From an uncultured Candidatus Saccharibacteria bacterium (GTDB lineage: Bacteria; Patescibacteriota; Minisyncoccia; Phycocordibacterales; SBAW01), in contig CAZMIU010000001.1 of the NCBI GenBank assembly GCA_964566795.1, positions 15,388-79,387 on the forward strand: a stretch of 64,000 nucleotides of DNA, in the 5' to 3' direction. The notes beneath the pieces are model-generated. The model was given only the letters and a program-made list of their open reading frames with translations. It was not told the DNA's origin and made no database searches. A program made the position numbers and the translations under genes. Positions 9,117-19,056 of the stretch are shown here, one piece after another (the stretch's first letter is position 1; every line of letters begins with the position of its first letter).

Positions 9117-10106
9117 ATGTTGAAGGCTGACTCACATATACAGGAGAATATTTTTGACAAGCCCGACATGGCAGCTACGCGCGACGGGTTTGGGGCAGCG
9201 CTCCTGGAGCTTGGCGAGATAAATAAACAGGTAGTGGTATTGTGCGCCGACTTGGCCGAGAGTACACGCACATTGGCGTTTAAAGAAAAGTACCCCGGCC
9301 GCTACATAGAGCTGGGCGTGGCCGAGCAGAATATGGCTACCGTAGCGTCTGGCTTGGCAAACTACGGCAAGATACCGTTTATCACAAGCTACGCCGCCTT
9401 TAGCCCGGGGCGCAACAACGAGCAGATACGCACTACTATAAGCCTCAACAATGTGCCGGTTAAGATTGCGGGCGCGCACGCAGGAGTCTCGGTTGGGCCC
9501 GATGGCGCGACACACCAGGCGCTTGAGGACCTGGCGCTCATGCGTGTGCAACCCAACATGACCGTGATAAGCCCATGCGACAGCGAGGAGGCGCGCAAGG
9601 CAACGCTCGCTGCGGCAGCGCACCTAGGGCCCGTGTACATTAGGCTTGCGCGCGAGAAGTCGCCCGTACTGACCACGCAGGAGACCCCGTTTGTAATCGG
9701 AAAGGCTGTGGTGGTCTGGGAGAGCGAGCATAAACCCGAGGTTGTGGTGTTTGCCACCGGGCCGCTCCTTGCGGAGGCTCTGAAGGTGGCGCACGAGCTT
9801 GAGCACGCACTGCCCATGGCGGTTATTAATATTGCAACGATAAAACCCCTGGACCGCGAGACAATCGTGCACTACTCGCGCGACGCCGGTGCGGTAGTAA
9901 CCGTGGAGGAGCATCAGGTTGCCGGCGGGCTTGGGGGCGCTGTTGCAGAGGTGTTGGCTGAGCAATGTCCTGTGCCTGTGGAGATGGTGGGGGTCCGCGA
10001 CTCGTTTGGACAGTCGGGAGAGGTGGGAGAGCTGTATGAATATTATAAACTAAGCGCGCCTCATATTAAGGCCGCGATACAAAGGGTACATGCGCGCAGA
10101 AATTAA
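9117..10106 (+). CDS. transketolase, C-terminal subunit (split tkt)
   Basis: MLKADSHIQ...RDGFGAAL...ADLAESTRT...GVAEQNM matches the transketolase pyrimidine/C-terminal domains. The start is 2 nt after the stop of the N-terminal subunit gene. Confidence 0.85.
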   Translation: MLKADSHIQENIFDKPDMAATRDGFGAALLELGEINKQVVVLCADLAESTRTLAFKEKYPGRYIELGVAEQNMATVASGLANYGKIPFITSYAAFSPGRNNEQIRTTISLNNVPVKIAGAHAGVSVGPDGATHQALEDLALMRVQPNMTVISPCDSEEARKATLAAAAHLGPVYIRLAREKSPVLTTQETPFVIGKAVVVWESEHKPEVVVFATGPLLAEALKVAHELEHALPMAVINIATIKPLDRETIVHYSRDAGAVVTVEEHQVAGGLGGAVAEVLAEQCPVPVEMVGVRDSFGQSGEVGELYEYYKLSAPHIKAAIQRVHARRN

Positions 10107-10283
10107 TACCTACGTGGGCACACTGTTTTTGGGCGGATTCTCTTTAATGGTTGGGGTGGTGGTGTGGAACGCCTTTGCCACACTCCCCATAGGCATTCCG
10201 CCGAGCGGTTACTAAACTATTGACTTTATACAGGTGTACTGTAGAGTGCCGGCAGGCAGGAATTAACCAGAGAGGTCCCAAGC

Positions 10284-10829
10284 GTGAAGTATTCATGGCT
10301 TGCAGTACTACTACTTGTCCTAGGTACATGCCCAGGCACAGCAGAGGACAAGTTTACTCTGCGGGAAGTGCGCTGTTTGGCGCACATCATCTTTGGTGAG
10401 GCACGTGATGAGCCCGAGGAGGGGCAGTTTGAGGTTGCGTGGTCTATACGCTTTCGCCAAGCTGCAAACCTGAGGGAGTTTGGCGGCCGCGATTTGTGCC
10501 GCGTGGCCTACAAGTACGCGCGCACCAAGTACGGCAAAGTTACCTGGCAGTACGACGGCGCCAAGGTGTCTGTCGCCCAAAGGGTCCGGGCTTCAAAGCT
10601 TGAGAGCGATGCGTGGGACAAGTCTGTCTACATCGCTGCGATGGTGCTCCAGGGCCAGGGCATGCCCCAGAAACCCATCATGTACTTCTGCGATCGGCGG
10701 TCAAACGGCGCCTGCAGCTGGCACAACAAGGGGGCGCGGTTTGCCTACAGGACCGGCAACCACCGGATGTATACCGACAAACGGTACCCGGACTTGTCCG
10801 ACCTTATTGTGCTGGCCTCCGTTCGATAA
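10284..10829 (+). CDS. secreted cell-wall hydrolase, SleB family-like
   Basis: GTG start with a signal peptide (MKYSWLAVLLLVLGTCPGTA). CLAHIIFGEARDEPEEGQFEVAWSIRFR matches the SleB/Hydrolase_2 motif (CLAxxIYxEARGE..GQ.AVA.VVLNR). Confidence 0.65.
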   Translation: MKYSWLAVLLLVLGTCPGTAEDKFTLREVRCLAHIIFGEARDEPEEGQFEVAWSIRFRQAANLREFGGRDLCRVAYKYARTKYGKVTWQYDGAKVSVAQRVRASKLESDAWDKSVYIAAMVLQGQGMPQKPIMYFCDRRSNGACSWHNKGARFAYRTGNHRMYTDKRYPDLSDLIVLASVR

Positions 10830-10889
10830 CGGAGACCACACTCATCATATAGCGCTCGCGGATAACTCCGCGGGCGTTTTCTTTTGGTT

Positions 10890-10915
10890 AGAGTGCTTGA
10901 TATATCAAGCACTCT
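10890..10915. promoter_or_regulatory. perfect 26-bp palindrome AGAGTGCTTGATATATCAAGCACTCT
   Basis: It lies in the convergent intergenic region between the sleB-like and pfkB genes. Its 20-bp core is identical to the palindrome at 60521-60540. Confidence 0.5.
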
Positions 10916-10916
10916 G

Positions 10917-11906
10917 TTAAAACGTCTCTATCTCCCAGGGCGCGGGCGGGTTGGCGACATGCTGCTCGAGCTCCGGGCGGCTGAGCAAGCCCTCCTGCGC
11001 ACCCACCTTTTGCAGTACGGCAGACGCGTTGGCCGAGCCCCATTTAAGCGCCTGTGCAAGAGGCAGCCCAAGCGCCAGTGCAGAAACAGTACCGGAGGCC
11101 AGCGCGTCGCCTGCGCCTGTAATTTCGTACGGCGGCCTGGGGTCTGGGTAGCGCGGCAGGTGCGACATGCTGCCTGTGGGCTCAATGCAATAGGCCCCGC
11201 GCGTGTCGTCTGTAATAACCACCGTCTTGGGGCCCAGCGCGTGCATGCGCGCAAGCAGGTCGTGCATGTCGGTGCCCGCCTCTACTCCCGCGATACGCTC
11301 AGCCTCCTCCTTGTTGCAAAAGAAGATGTCGGCGCGCTCATATATATCTTTAAGCGCCTCTGCGCCAAACTTCATCTGATAGGTCCCGGGCTGGAAGGCG
11401 AGCTTGGTGTTGGGCCAGCGCTTGAGCATCTGGGCCCACATGTGGTGGTAGGGCAGGCTGTTTTCCCCCAAGCTGGAGAGGTAGAGCCAGGTGGGACCCT
11501 CCGGCATGGGAGGCACTGCGTACTCAAACGCCTCGTGCTTAACCAAAATGGTGCGGTTGTTCTCAAACCACAGTACGTAATGGTAGTTGGTATGCTTGCC
11601 CGCCTGCTTTTCTACAAAGGTGGTGTCTACCTTCTCGCGCATGAGCTGTGCGATGCACTCTTGGCCGTGCGCGTCGGCGCCCACATAGGCGCGCAGGCCG
11701 GATGTGAGTCCAAGCCTCGCTGCCGCCACAGCCGCGTTGGCCGAGTTGCCCACGGCCGGCACGGTTTTGGCAAACTCAAAGGGGATCTTGTCGCCCCAGC
11801 GCATGCATATCTCGCAGGCCTCGTTGTCGAGCCTGCAGGTGACGTGCGCGTCTTTAAGCCGGATAAAGTCATCGACGACAACATCGCCCACCGCCAGGAA
11901 GTCCAT
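10917..11906 (-). CDS. PfkB-family carbohydrate kinase
   Basis: Track ORF 10917..12260. Ribokinase-like homology begins at MDFLAVGDVVVDDF (M119, coordinate 11906). GAGD near the C-terminus is the PfkB signature. The upstream 118 codons are a GC-rich spurious extension. Confidence 0.75.
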   Translation of the reverse strand: MDFLAVGDVVVDDFIRLKDAHVTCRLDNEACEICMRWGDKIPFEFAKTVPAVGNSANAAVAAARLGLTSGLRAYVGADAHGQECIAQLMREKVDTTFVEKQAGKHTNYHYVLWFENNRTILVKHEAFEYAVPPMPEGPTWLYLSSLGENSLPYHHMWAQMLKRWPNTKLAFQPGTYQMKFGAEALKDIYERADIFFCNKEEAERIAGVEAGTDMHDLLARMHALGPKTVVITDDTRGAYCIEPTGSMSHLPRYPDPRPPYEITGAGDALASGTVSALALGLPLAQALKWGSANASAVLQKVGAQEGLLSRPELEQHVANPPAPWEIETF

Positions 11907-11928
11907 ATAGATACAGTATACTGGGCGC

Positions 11929-12786
11929 ATGCAACCATTACGCGAGGTTATCAACCAATACAGGCACAAAGGGGCTGCTCTCGGGCACTTTAACTTTAGC
12001 GACTCAAACCAGCTTAAGGCCATAGCACAGGCAGCGCGCGAGGCAGGCGTGCCGGTGGTTGCGGGGCTTAGCGAGGGCGAGCGCGAGTACTTTAGCCTCA
12101 CAGAGGCCCGGGGGCTTATAGATGCATATATAAAGGAAGGGGCAGAGATATACCTAAACGCCGACCACACGTACTCGCTTGAGAAGGCCAGGGCGGCTAT
12201 AGACGCCGGGGTAGATTCTATCGTGGTCGATGGCGCCAAACTGAGCATGGATGAGAACATCGCTTTAACCCGCAGCGTGGTGGAGTACGCGCGGGGCAGT
12301 GGCCGCGATGTGCTGGTAGAGGGTGAGTTGGGCTACATCGGGTCCTCGTCTAAACAACTCGACGAGTTGCCCGAGGGAGTAAGCGAGGCCAACCTCACCA
12401 CAGCACAAGACGCCAAGCAGTTTGCGGATGCAACGGGTATAGATGCGCTAGCCCCCGCGGTGGGCAACGTACACGGCATGCTCAAGAGCGCCGCTGAGCC
12501 ACGGCTCCACCCTGAGCGCGTTAAAGCAGTGGCCGAGGCAACAGGCTTGCCGCTAGTCTTGCACGGTGCCTCGGGCAATACCGAGGAGGATATTGCGGCG
12601 TGTATTGCCGCGGGGATAGCCATGGTGCATATAAACACAGAGCTGCGCGTGTTGTACCACGACGCGCTACAGGAGTCCTTGGCGGCACACCCTCAGGAGA
12701 CCACCCCATATAAATTCTTGGGCCCGGCGGTACAAAAACTGCACGAGTACCTTGTGCACAAGATGCAATTGCTTGCCAAAGCCTAG
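11929..12786 (+). CDS. fba: class II fructose-bisphosphate aldolase
   Basis: GHFNFSD, LNADHT, VVDGA and HGASG are class II FBA/tagatose-bisphosphate aldolase motifs. Confidence 0.85.
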   Translation: MQPLREVINQYRHKGAALGHFNFSDSNQLKAIAQAAREAGVPVVAGLSEGEREYFSLTEARGLIDAYIKEGAEIYLNADHTYSLEKARAAIDAGVDSIVVDGAKLSMDENIALTRSVVEYARGSGRDVLVEGELGYIGSSSKQLDELPEGVSEANLTTAQDAKQFADATGIDALAPAVGNVHGMLKSAAEPRLHPERVKAVAEATGLPLVLHGASGNTEEDIAACIAAGIAMVHINTELRVLYHDALQESLAAHPQETTPYKFLGPAVQKLHEYLVHKMQLLAKA

Positions 12787-12820
12787 GCTATACTAAAGGC
12801 ACTAATCCTTAGGCCTTTTT

Positions 12821-15487
12821 ATGCATCACTACGAGCGGCTCAAAAAGTTTTTACTGAGCAAAGCAGTGCTACCTGTGTCTGCCAGCGCAGCGGTGGCGCT
12901 TTTGGTGTTGGCGTCTGTTGTATATGTAGAGAATGATACGGCCTCACTTGTTGCAGACATAACAAGCACTGTCCCTCAGACACAGCAGGTGGGAGGCCTC
13001 TTTGGCGCGTGCGGCTCGATATTCGGCAGCTGCAATGTTGACGTATATGGAGCTATCGGCATTAACCCACAGGCAGTTACCGCCGGCCAGACTGCGACTA
13101 TGAACTGGGTCTCGTGGGGTGCCGATTACTGCTATCTTAGCGGCGGCCGTTTTGGAGTTACTACGCAGGTTGGCACCTCGGGCAACGTCCCCACAGATCT
13201 CAACGCCCCCGGTTCGGTCGCGACCTATGGGTTGCGCTGCTATAACACCGGCGGTGCCAACTCCGGTACAAGTCCGCAGTATTACGCTTCCTATACCACA
13301 TGCGCAACGGGCCAGGTTGTGGGCAGCAGCGGCTGCGCCGCACCCCCGGTCACTCCTCCGGTAAACGACATTACTGTCGAGTGCAGTGCGGTTAACGAGC
13401 TTGGCTGCCCTGGTGGTACAAAGAACAACGTGGGCCAGGTAACCAAGCCTACAGCGGGCAGTAAGTACCTGGGCGTGTACTCGGCGCACTACGGCGGCGA
13501 CAACGCCACACTGGCCGCCAGCGCCATTGTCCAGATTGTGGGCAACGGCACCATGACGCACGTTAACCCGGATAATTATCCATACGCGCCGGGGAGCTAC
13601 AGCAACGCGCAGGTGTCGCGCCAGGACAATACTAATCCGTACCACGCATACAACTTTGTAATCACGCCGTCGACTCCTGCCGGTGTGTACTACTTTTATG
13701 CAGTGACTGCGTCCAATGCGTATCCATGGGACAAGTACCCGCCAACCCCCGGCGGCTGGATGAATATTGCGTCTATTAATGTTGTTGATAATCCTGCTGC
13801 GGCCGCGCCCACCAACCTCGTGTCGACCTGCAGTGCCTCCAACACCCAGGTAACATTGACGTGGACCACGGGCGCAGGCACGACGCTCTCGGACGAGGTG
13901 GTAGTTGATGACCCAACGACAACGCATGTGGCGCAAGGTGCCAGCACCAACTGCACCACGCCTGCGCCTACCGCAACGGGTGCAGCAGGCTACACGGGCT
14001 CGTGCGGGCTCTCTGGCACCGGCATACGTGCCGACTATGTATACTCGCGCAGCGTGTCATCGACCCCCAAGCAGGCGGTGGTTAACATACAGCAGGGCAG
14101 GGCATACAACTGGACCGTGCAGGGCAGCAACAACAGCGGCTTTGGTACCGCCTCTGCACAGAAGAGCTTTACGTGCGGCACAGCCGGCACATCTACTAAC
14201 CCTCCACCCACAGTAACGCTTAATGCGAGCGTGGGCGGCAGCGCCGCCACAGGGCTTAAGGTTGGACAGAGTGCGACGCTGACAGGTACGTTTACGGCCG
14301 CCTCAGGCGACACGTTTACCCAGACGGGTATTGCCGATAACAACAACGCCTACCTTGTAGGAGGCTCCAACGCGATAACGCAGCGTACGTACGTCTTTAC
14401 CCCGACTGCGGCAGGTTCCTACCTGTTCCATGCGCGTGGTGCCACAACCAAGATCCCTACTCCCGCCAATTACGCATCGCGCACACTTACTGTGTGCTCG
14501 GCTGCACAAACGTGGAATGGCACTGCCTGTGTTGCCGGCGGCACAACCCCAATAAACCAGCCAGTGCTCGACATTACCGGCAACAACCAGGCGGGCTCTG
14601 TAGGTACTACAGTTGGTAGTCCTGTAACCATCCGCGGTACCTATGCAGCCGCATCTGGTGACGCGCTCATCTTTACTGCGCTCAACGACTACCAGAACAA
14701 CCCGCTGCCGGGTGTGTCCAACACCAACGCAAGCTCGCCCAAGACCTACACCTTTACGCCGACAGCTCCCGGTAGCTACGTGTTCTATCCGGCGGCTATG
14801 ACCGCAGCGTACCCTGCGTGGAACAACTACAACAAGTCGCTTGTGGTTAACGTCTCGTGCCCGGCGGGTCAGTTTAACCAAGGCGGTGTGTGCACCACAA
14901 CGCCCGTGGATGTCTGCCAAAATATAAACGGCAACCAGGCGGTGCCTCCGGCCAACGGCTCTACAAACAACAACAATGTCTGCTCGTGCGACCAGGGCTA
15001 CACGCTCCAGGGTGCCTCGTGTGTTGCGGCACCCGCATCGTGCCCGGGCGCCCATCAGGTGGGTACCCCGCCAAACTGCACCTGCGATGTTGGTTATCAG
15101 ATGCAGGGCGGTGCATGCGTGCAGCAGCTGTGCCCGGGCCCGCATGAGATAAACTGGCCGTCGTGCGTGTGCGCGAGCGGGTATGTGCGCGACAGTGGCG
15201 CCAACATGTGCATCCGCCAGCCTGTACTGGATATAGAGGTAAACAACGCCGCCTCGGCACGCGTACGCAAGGGCAACACCGTGTCTTTGACCTGGAGCGC
15301 CTCGGGAGTCAGCTCCTGCTCGGTGCGCACCAACAGCGGTACGACACTCTCTAGCAGCATGTCGGGCTCGCTTACCCCCATAGTGGGCTCGCAGACGACC
15401 TACACCCTGCGCTGCATCAACGACGCGGGAGGCGTGGTCAGCAAGAGCGCCAACGTAACGCTTATCCCCGAGGTAGACGAGATCTAG
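12821..15487 (+). CDS. large secreted Thr/Ser/Gly/Asn-rich surface protein (paralog of 943..3462)
   Basis: 888-aa ORF with an N-terminal hydrophobic segment. Blocks shared with the 943..3462 paralog are NDITVECSAVNELGCPGGTKNNVGQVTKPT and VNPDNYPYAPGSYSNAQV...PAGVYYFYAVTA...TPGGW. It also contains Cys-rich repeats (CxCxxGY). Confidence 0.75.
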   Translation: MHHYERLKKFLLSKAVLPVSASAAVALLVLASVVYVENDTASLVADITSTVPQTQQVGGLFGACGSIFGSCNVDVYGAIGINPQAVTAGQTATMNWVSWGADYCYLSGGRFGVTTQVGTSGNVPTDLNAPGSVATYGLRCYNTGGANSGTSPQYYASYTTCATGQVVGSSGCAAPPVTPPVNDITVECSAVNELGCPGGTKNNVGQVTKPTAGSKYLGVYSAHYGGDNATLAASAIVQIVGNGTMTHVNPDNYPYAPGSYSNAQVSRQDNTNPYHAYNFVITPSTPAGVYYFYAVTASNAYPWDKYPPTPGGWMNIASINVVDNPAAAAPTNLVSTCSASNTQVTLTWTTGAGTTLSDEVVVDDPTTTHVAQGASTNCTTPAPTATGAAGYTGSCGLSGTGIRADYVYSRSVSSTPKQAVVNIQQGRAYNWTVQGSNNSGFGTASAQKSFTCGTAGTSTNPPPTVTLNASVGGSAATGLKVGQSATLTGTFTAASGDTFTQTGIADNNNAYLVGGSNAITQRTYVFTPTAAGSYLFHARGATTKIPTPANYASRTLTVCSAAQTWNGTACVAGGTTPINQPVLDITGNNQAGSVGTTVGSPVTIRGTYAAASGDALIFTALNDYQNNPLPGVSNTNASSPKTYTFTPTAPGSYVFYPAAMTAAYPAWNNYNKSLVVNVSCPAGQFNQGGVCTTTPVDVCQNINGNQAVPPANGSTNNNNVCSCDQGYTLQGASCVAAPASCPGAHQVGTPPNCTCDVGYQMQGGACVQQLCPGPHEINWPSCVCASGYVRDSGANMCIRQPVLDIEVNNAASARVRKGNTVSLTWSASGVSSCSVRTNSGTTLSSSMSGSLTPIVGSQTTYTLRCINDAGGVVSKSANVTLIPEVDEI

Positions 15488-15499
15488 CCAAGGCCTTAG

Positions 15500-15524
15500 C
15501 CGCCCGGGGAACCCGGGCGGTTTT
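15500..15524 (+). terminator. rho-independent terminator after 12821..15487
   Basis: CCGCCCGGGG-aa-CCCGGGCGG followed by TTTT. Confidence 0.7.
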
Positions 15525-15538
15525 GCCGGCTCTGGCAG

Positions 15539-15567
15539 TTGCGCATAGAGGCCAAATCCGCTATAGT
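15539..15567 (+). promoter_or_regulatory. sigma70-like promoter of rplY (TTGCGC-17-TATAGT)
   Basis: The hexamers and spacer were read directly from the sequence. Confidence 0.45.
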
Positions 15568-15583
15568 GTCGCAACAGATATAT

Positions 15584-16231
15584 ATGGAACTGACCGTAGA
15601 AAAGCGCGCAAGCGAGACCAAGGCCAAGGCACTCCGCGACAAGGGGGTCTTGCCGGCTGTTATCTATGGCCGCTCGCAGGAGTCTACCCCTATCGCTGTA
15701 GACCTTAAGGTCTTCTCCAAGCTCTATAAGGCGGCGGGCGAGTCCTCGGTTATCACCCTTAAGGGCCTGGGTGCCGACAAGCAGGTGCTTATCCACGATG
15801 TGGAGTTTGATGCTGTTTTGGGCACCCCGGTACACGCCGACTTTTACGCAATTGAAAAGGGTCAGAAGGTGACCGTCTCGGTACCGCTTGAGTTTGATGG
15901 CGTTGCTCCAGCTGTTAAGGACTTGGGCGGCATCCTGACCAAGGTAATGCACGAGATAGAAATTACCTGCGAGCCTGCGGACCTTCCTCATGCTATCCAC
16001 GTAGACATCTCCAAACTCGCCACCTTGGAGGACCAGATTAAGGTTGCCGACCTCAAGCTCCCTAAGTCAGCCGAGATTGGCGTCGACATGGACGAGGTGG
16101 TTGCTATGGTTTCTGTCGCTCAGGAAGAGGTAGAGGAGGCAGCTCCTATGGACATCTCCCAGATTGGCGACGCCGTGGAGCGCGGCAAGAAGGAGGAGGA
16201 GGGCGTTCCTGCAGAGGAAACCAAAGAATAA
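15584..16231 (+). CDS. rplY: ribosomal protein L25/Ctc form
   Basis: MELTVEKRASETKAKALRDKGVLPAVIYG matches the L25 N-terminus, with an acidic C-terminal extension. A promoter lies at 15539-15567 and a terminator at 16237-16264. Confidence 0.85.
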   Translation: MELTVEKRASETKAKALRDKGVLPAVIYGRSQESTPIAVDLKVFSKLYKAAGESSVITLKGLGADKQVLIHDVEFDAVLGTPVHADFYAIEKGQKVTVSVPLEFDGVAPAVKDLGGILTKVMHEIEITCEPADLPHAIHVDISKLATLEDQIKVADLKLPKSAEIGVDMDEVVAMVSVAQEEVEEAAPMDISQIGDAVERGKKEEEGVPAEETKE

Positions 16232-16236
16232 TATTA

Positions 16237-16264
16237 AAACCCCGGGATCAGCCCGGGTTTTTTG
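16237..16264 (+). terminator. rho-independent terminator after rplY
   Basis: AAAACCCCGGG-atcag-CCCGGGTTTTTT. Confidence 0.8.
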
Positions 16265-16360
16265 ATGCCCCATAAGAATATTTTTAGTTGTGCTATAGCA
16301 CATTTAAAAATACTTAGGTTGTAGGCCTGCTGAGTCTTTCATGGGTAAGAAAACCTTGGG

Positions 16361-17764
16361 GTGGGCCGTCTGATATACTTGAAACTAACCATGATTATCG
16401 GGCGGTATTTGGCTGTATTAGGGGTAGTGGTGAGCCTTTTGGTGGGCAGTATGGCTCCTCTCGTAAACACACCCGCGCCCGCGCTTGCCCAAGAGCTATC
16501 GGCTGAGGAAAAGGCCCGGTTGCAGGCCCAGTACGACGAGCTGCAAAAAGAGATTGCGCAGTACCAAAAGATAATCGACGAGACCAAGGCCAAGGCCAAC
16601 ACGATACAGGGCGACGTAACGATACTCGACACCCAGATTAAAAAGGCGCAGGCCGAGATCAACCAGCGCACCGCCTCTATTAACACGCTGGCCTCGACCA
16701 TTAACCAAAAGTCTAAGACCATCGCCACACTCGAGAGCAGGCTCGAGGACGGGCGCGCGTCGCTCGCAAAACTCCTGCGCGAAAAGAGCCAGAGCGACAG
16801 CATGTCCCTGGTGGTACTGGCGCTCTCGGAGGGTACGCTCACCGAGTTTTTTACCAACAGCGACCGTATCGACTCGATAGACCAGAGTCTGCAGGAAAAG
16901 TTTGATGAGCTGAGGGGCGTGCGTACCCAGACACAGTCAGAGAAGGAGGCTCTGGCCAAACAGCAGGCAAGCCAGGTTGATGCCAAAAAGGAGGTAGAGG
17001 CCAAAAAGAGCGTTATCGATACAAGCAAAAAAGAAAAGACCAACCTCTTGGCGGCAACCAAGCAAGACGAGGCCGCCTACAACCAGGTGCTCAAAGACAG
17101 GCAGGCCAAGGCCGCGGCTATACGGGCCGCACTCTTCCCTCTGCGTGATGCCGCGGCGATTAACTTTGGCGACGCGCTGCGTTACGCGCAGGCCGCCGAG
17201 AAGGCAACAGGCGTCTCTGCCGCGCTCTCGATGGCCATACTCACGCAAGAAAGCAACCTCGGGCAAAACGTGGGCCAATGCTACATGACCGACCCCGCAA
17301 CGGGCGACGGCCGCGGCAAAAACACGGGCACGCCGTTTAAGGGAGTGATGAACCCGACCCGCGACGTGCCGCCGTTTATCGCGCTCTCGCAGCAGCTCGG
17401 GTTTGACTCTGCAACACAGGTGGTGTCGTGCCCTATAGCCTCGGTGGGCGGCTGGGGAGGAGCCATGGGCCCGGCGCAGTTTATCCCCTCGACCTGGGCC
17501 ATATACGCCAGCCGCATTGCGGCGGCCCGCAGCAAGTCTGTGGCCAACCCCTGGGACCCGCAGGACGCTATTATGGCCATGTCATTCCTGCTCTCGGACA
17601 ACGGAGCCTCGGCCGGCGGCTATACCGCCAACTTTAACGCGGCAGCCCGCTACTACGCCGGATGGAACGGGCCCAATACGACAGCCGGCAAGAATTATGC
17701 CTCCCAGGTTATGGCCCGCGTTGCCGGTATCCAGCAAAATATCGACTACCTGGCCGACAACTAA
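16361..17764 (+). CDS. secreted coiled-coil peptidoglycan hydrolase (lytic transglycosylase SLT/MltB-like C-terminal domain)
   Basis: Signal/TM segment, then ~250 aa of coiled coil (heptad-like Q/K/E/A-rich). The C-terminal domain has ILTQESNLG...[10 protein letters not shown]...[16 protein letters not shown] (SLT-like E..S...G(P/L)MQF.PSTW...NP.D...AI). Confidence 0.7.
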   Translation: MGRLIYLKLTMIIGRYLAVLGVVVSLLVGSMAPLVNTPAPALAQELSAEEKARLQAQYDELQKEIAQYQKIIDETKAKANTIQGDVTILDTQIKKAQAEINQRTASINTLASTINQKSKTIATLESRLEDGRASLAKLLREKSQSDSMSLVVLALSEGTLTEFFTNSDRIDSIDQSLQEKFDELRGVRTQTQSEKEALAKQQASQVDAKKEVEAKKSVIDTSKKEKTNLLAATKQDEAAYNQVLKDRQAKAAAIRAALFPLRDAAAINFGDALRYAQAAEKATGVSAALSMAILTQESNLGQNVGQCYMTDPATGDGRGKNTGTPFKGVMNPTRDVPPFIALSQQLGFDSATQVVSCPIASVGGWGGAMGPAQFIPSTWAIYASRIAAARSKSVANPWDPQDAIMAMSFLLSDNGASAGGYTANFNAAARYYAGWNGPNTTAGKNYASQVMARVAGIQQNIDYLADN

Positions 17765-17817
17765 GCTGCGGCAGGCTACAGTTGCAAAGAGGCAGAATCG
17801 TGCTATATTTGGGCCAC

Positions 17818-18033
17818 ATGAAGACCGAGACCCACCCGACCTATTTTCCGGAGGCCAAGGTAACCTGCGCATGCGGGCGCTCCTTTGTTGTGGGCTCAAC
17901 GAGGGAGAAGATCGAGGTGGAAATCTGCTCGCAGTGCCACCCGTTCTACACCGGCAACGAGAAGGTGCTCGACACGGCAGGCCGCCTCGAGAAGTTTAAC
18001 GCCCGCCGCTCGGCTGCCAAGAAGTCCAAGTAG
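17818..18033 (+). CDS. rpmE: ribosomal protein L31
   Basis: [23 protein letters not shown]...[10 protein letters not shown] matches L31 and its zinc ribbon. The start is M53 of track ORF 17662..18033. Promoter TTGCAA-16-TATATT lies immediately upstream. Confidence 0.85.
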   Translation: MKTETHPTYFPEAKVTCACGRSFVVGSTREKIEVEICSQCHPFYTGNEKVLDTAGRLEKFNARRSAAKKSK

Positions 18034-18078
18034 CTGCCTCAAAGAAGCGCCCTCTGGTACTATTTACCTAGGGCGCTT

Positions 18079-19056
18079 TTGATTTGCATGACTGATATAT
18101 CTATATACAAAGACAATCCCAAAACCGCATACTTGTATGCGGAATTTGAGCGTCTTGAGAAAGAAGAGGCTGAGGTCAAGGAACTTGCCTCGGGCGATTT
18201 GGGTGCGCTCGCAGAAGACGATTTAAAACGCATAGGGGAGCAGAAGGCCGCGGTAGTGGCCGAGATGGAGCGTATTGTCGCTCTGGAGAAGAAGGAAGAG
18301 GAGTTCCCCAACGAGGCCATTGTGGAGGTGCGCGCCGGCGTGGGTGGCGACGAGGCCGCCCTCTTTGCCTATGAGCTCTCGCAGATGTATGCAGCGTATG
18401 CCGAGAAGGCGGGCTGGAGCGTTAAGACCCTGAGCGAGTCTAAGACCGACCTGGGCGGATACAAGGAGGCCGTGTTTGAGCTGCGCGGCTTGGGGGTGTA
18501 CGAGCGCCTGCGCTTTGAGACCGGCGTGCATCGCGTGCAGCGTATTCCCGCTACGGAAAAGCAGGGCCGGATACACACCTCTACAGCTTCTGTGGCAGTA
18601 TTGCCCCTGCGCAAAAAGAGCAAGGTGGTTATTAACCCGGCCGATATCGAGTACGAGTTTAGCCGCGCCGGCGGCGCCGGCGGGCAAAACGTCAACAAGG
18701 TAGAGACCGCCGTGCGCATCATCCACAAGCCCACAGGGCTCGATGCGCGCAGCCAGGCCGAGCGCTCTCAGAACGCCAACAAAGAGCGCGCCATGGCTGT
18801 ACTCGTGGCCAAAATAGAGCAGATGCAGGAGGAGGAAGAGCGCAAGAAGTATGCCGATACCCGCTCGGCGCAGATTGGCTCGGGCGACCGCTCAGAAAAG
18901 ATCCGCACCTACAACGAGCCGCAGGACCGCATCACCGACCACCGCATCAAAGAGTCGTGGTCAAACATACCCAAGGTCATGGCAGGCGATATAGGGCATA
19001 TACTGGATGCCGTACAGGCCGCCGGCGGCGGTACTGCACCACAGAGCGATGAGTAA
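18079..19056 (+). CDS. prfA: peptide chain release factor 1
   Basis: It contains the GGQ motif and the PAT tripeptide ([14 protein letters not shown]), which is specific to RF1. Confidence 0.9.
   Translation: MICMTDISIYKDNPKTAYLYAEFERLEKEEAEVKELASGDLGALAEDDLKRIGEQKAAVVAEMERIVALEKKEEEFPNEAIVEVRAGVGGDEAALFAYELSQMYAAYAEKAGWSVKTLSESKTDLGGYKEAVFELRGLGVYERLRFETGVHRVQRIPATEKQGRIHTSTASVAVLPLRKKSKVVINPADIEYEFSRAGGAGGQNVNKVETAVRIIHKPTGLDARSQAERSQNANKERAMAVLVAKIEQMQEEEERKKYADTRSAQIGSGDRSEKIRTYNEPQDRITDHRIKESWSNIPKVMAGDIGHILDAVQAAGGGTAPQSDE

Noticed and set aside
10884-11993. 369-aa plus-strand ORF
   Set aside because: It is antisense to the PfkB kinase gene and has no family resemblance.
11907-12260. 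N-terminal 118 codons of track ORF 10917..12260
   Set aside because: PfkB homology starts at MDFLAVGD (11906). The upstream part is low-complexity and would overlap fba.
14303-16000. 565-aa minus-strand ORF
   Set aside because: It is antisense to the 12821..15487 surface-protein gene and rplY, and has a compositional-artefact profile (R/A/G/V-rich).
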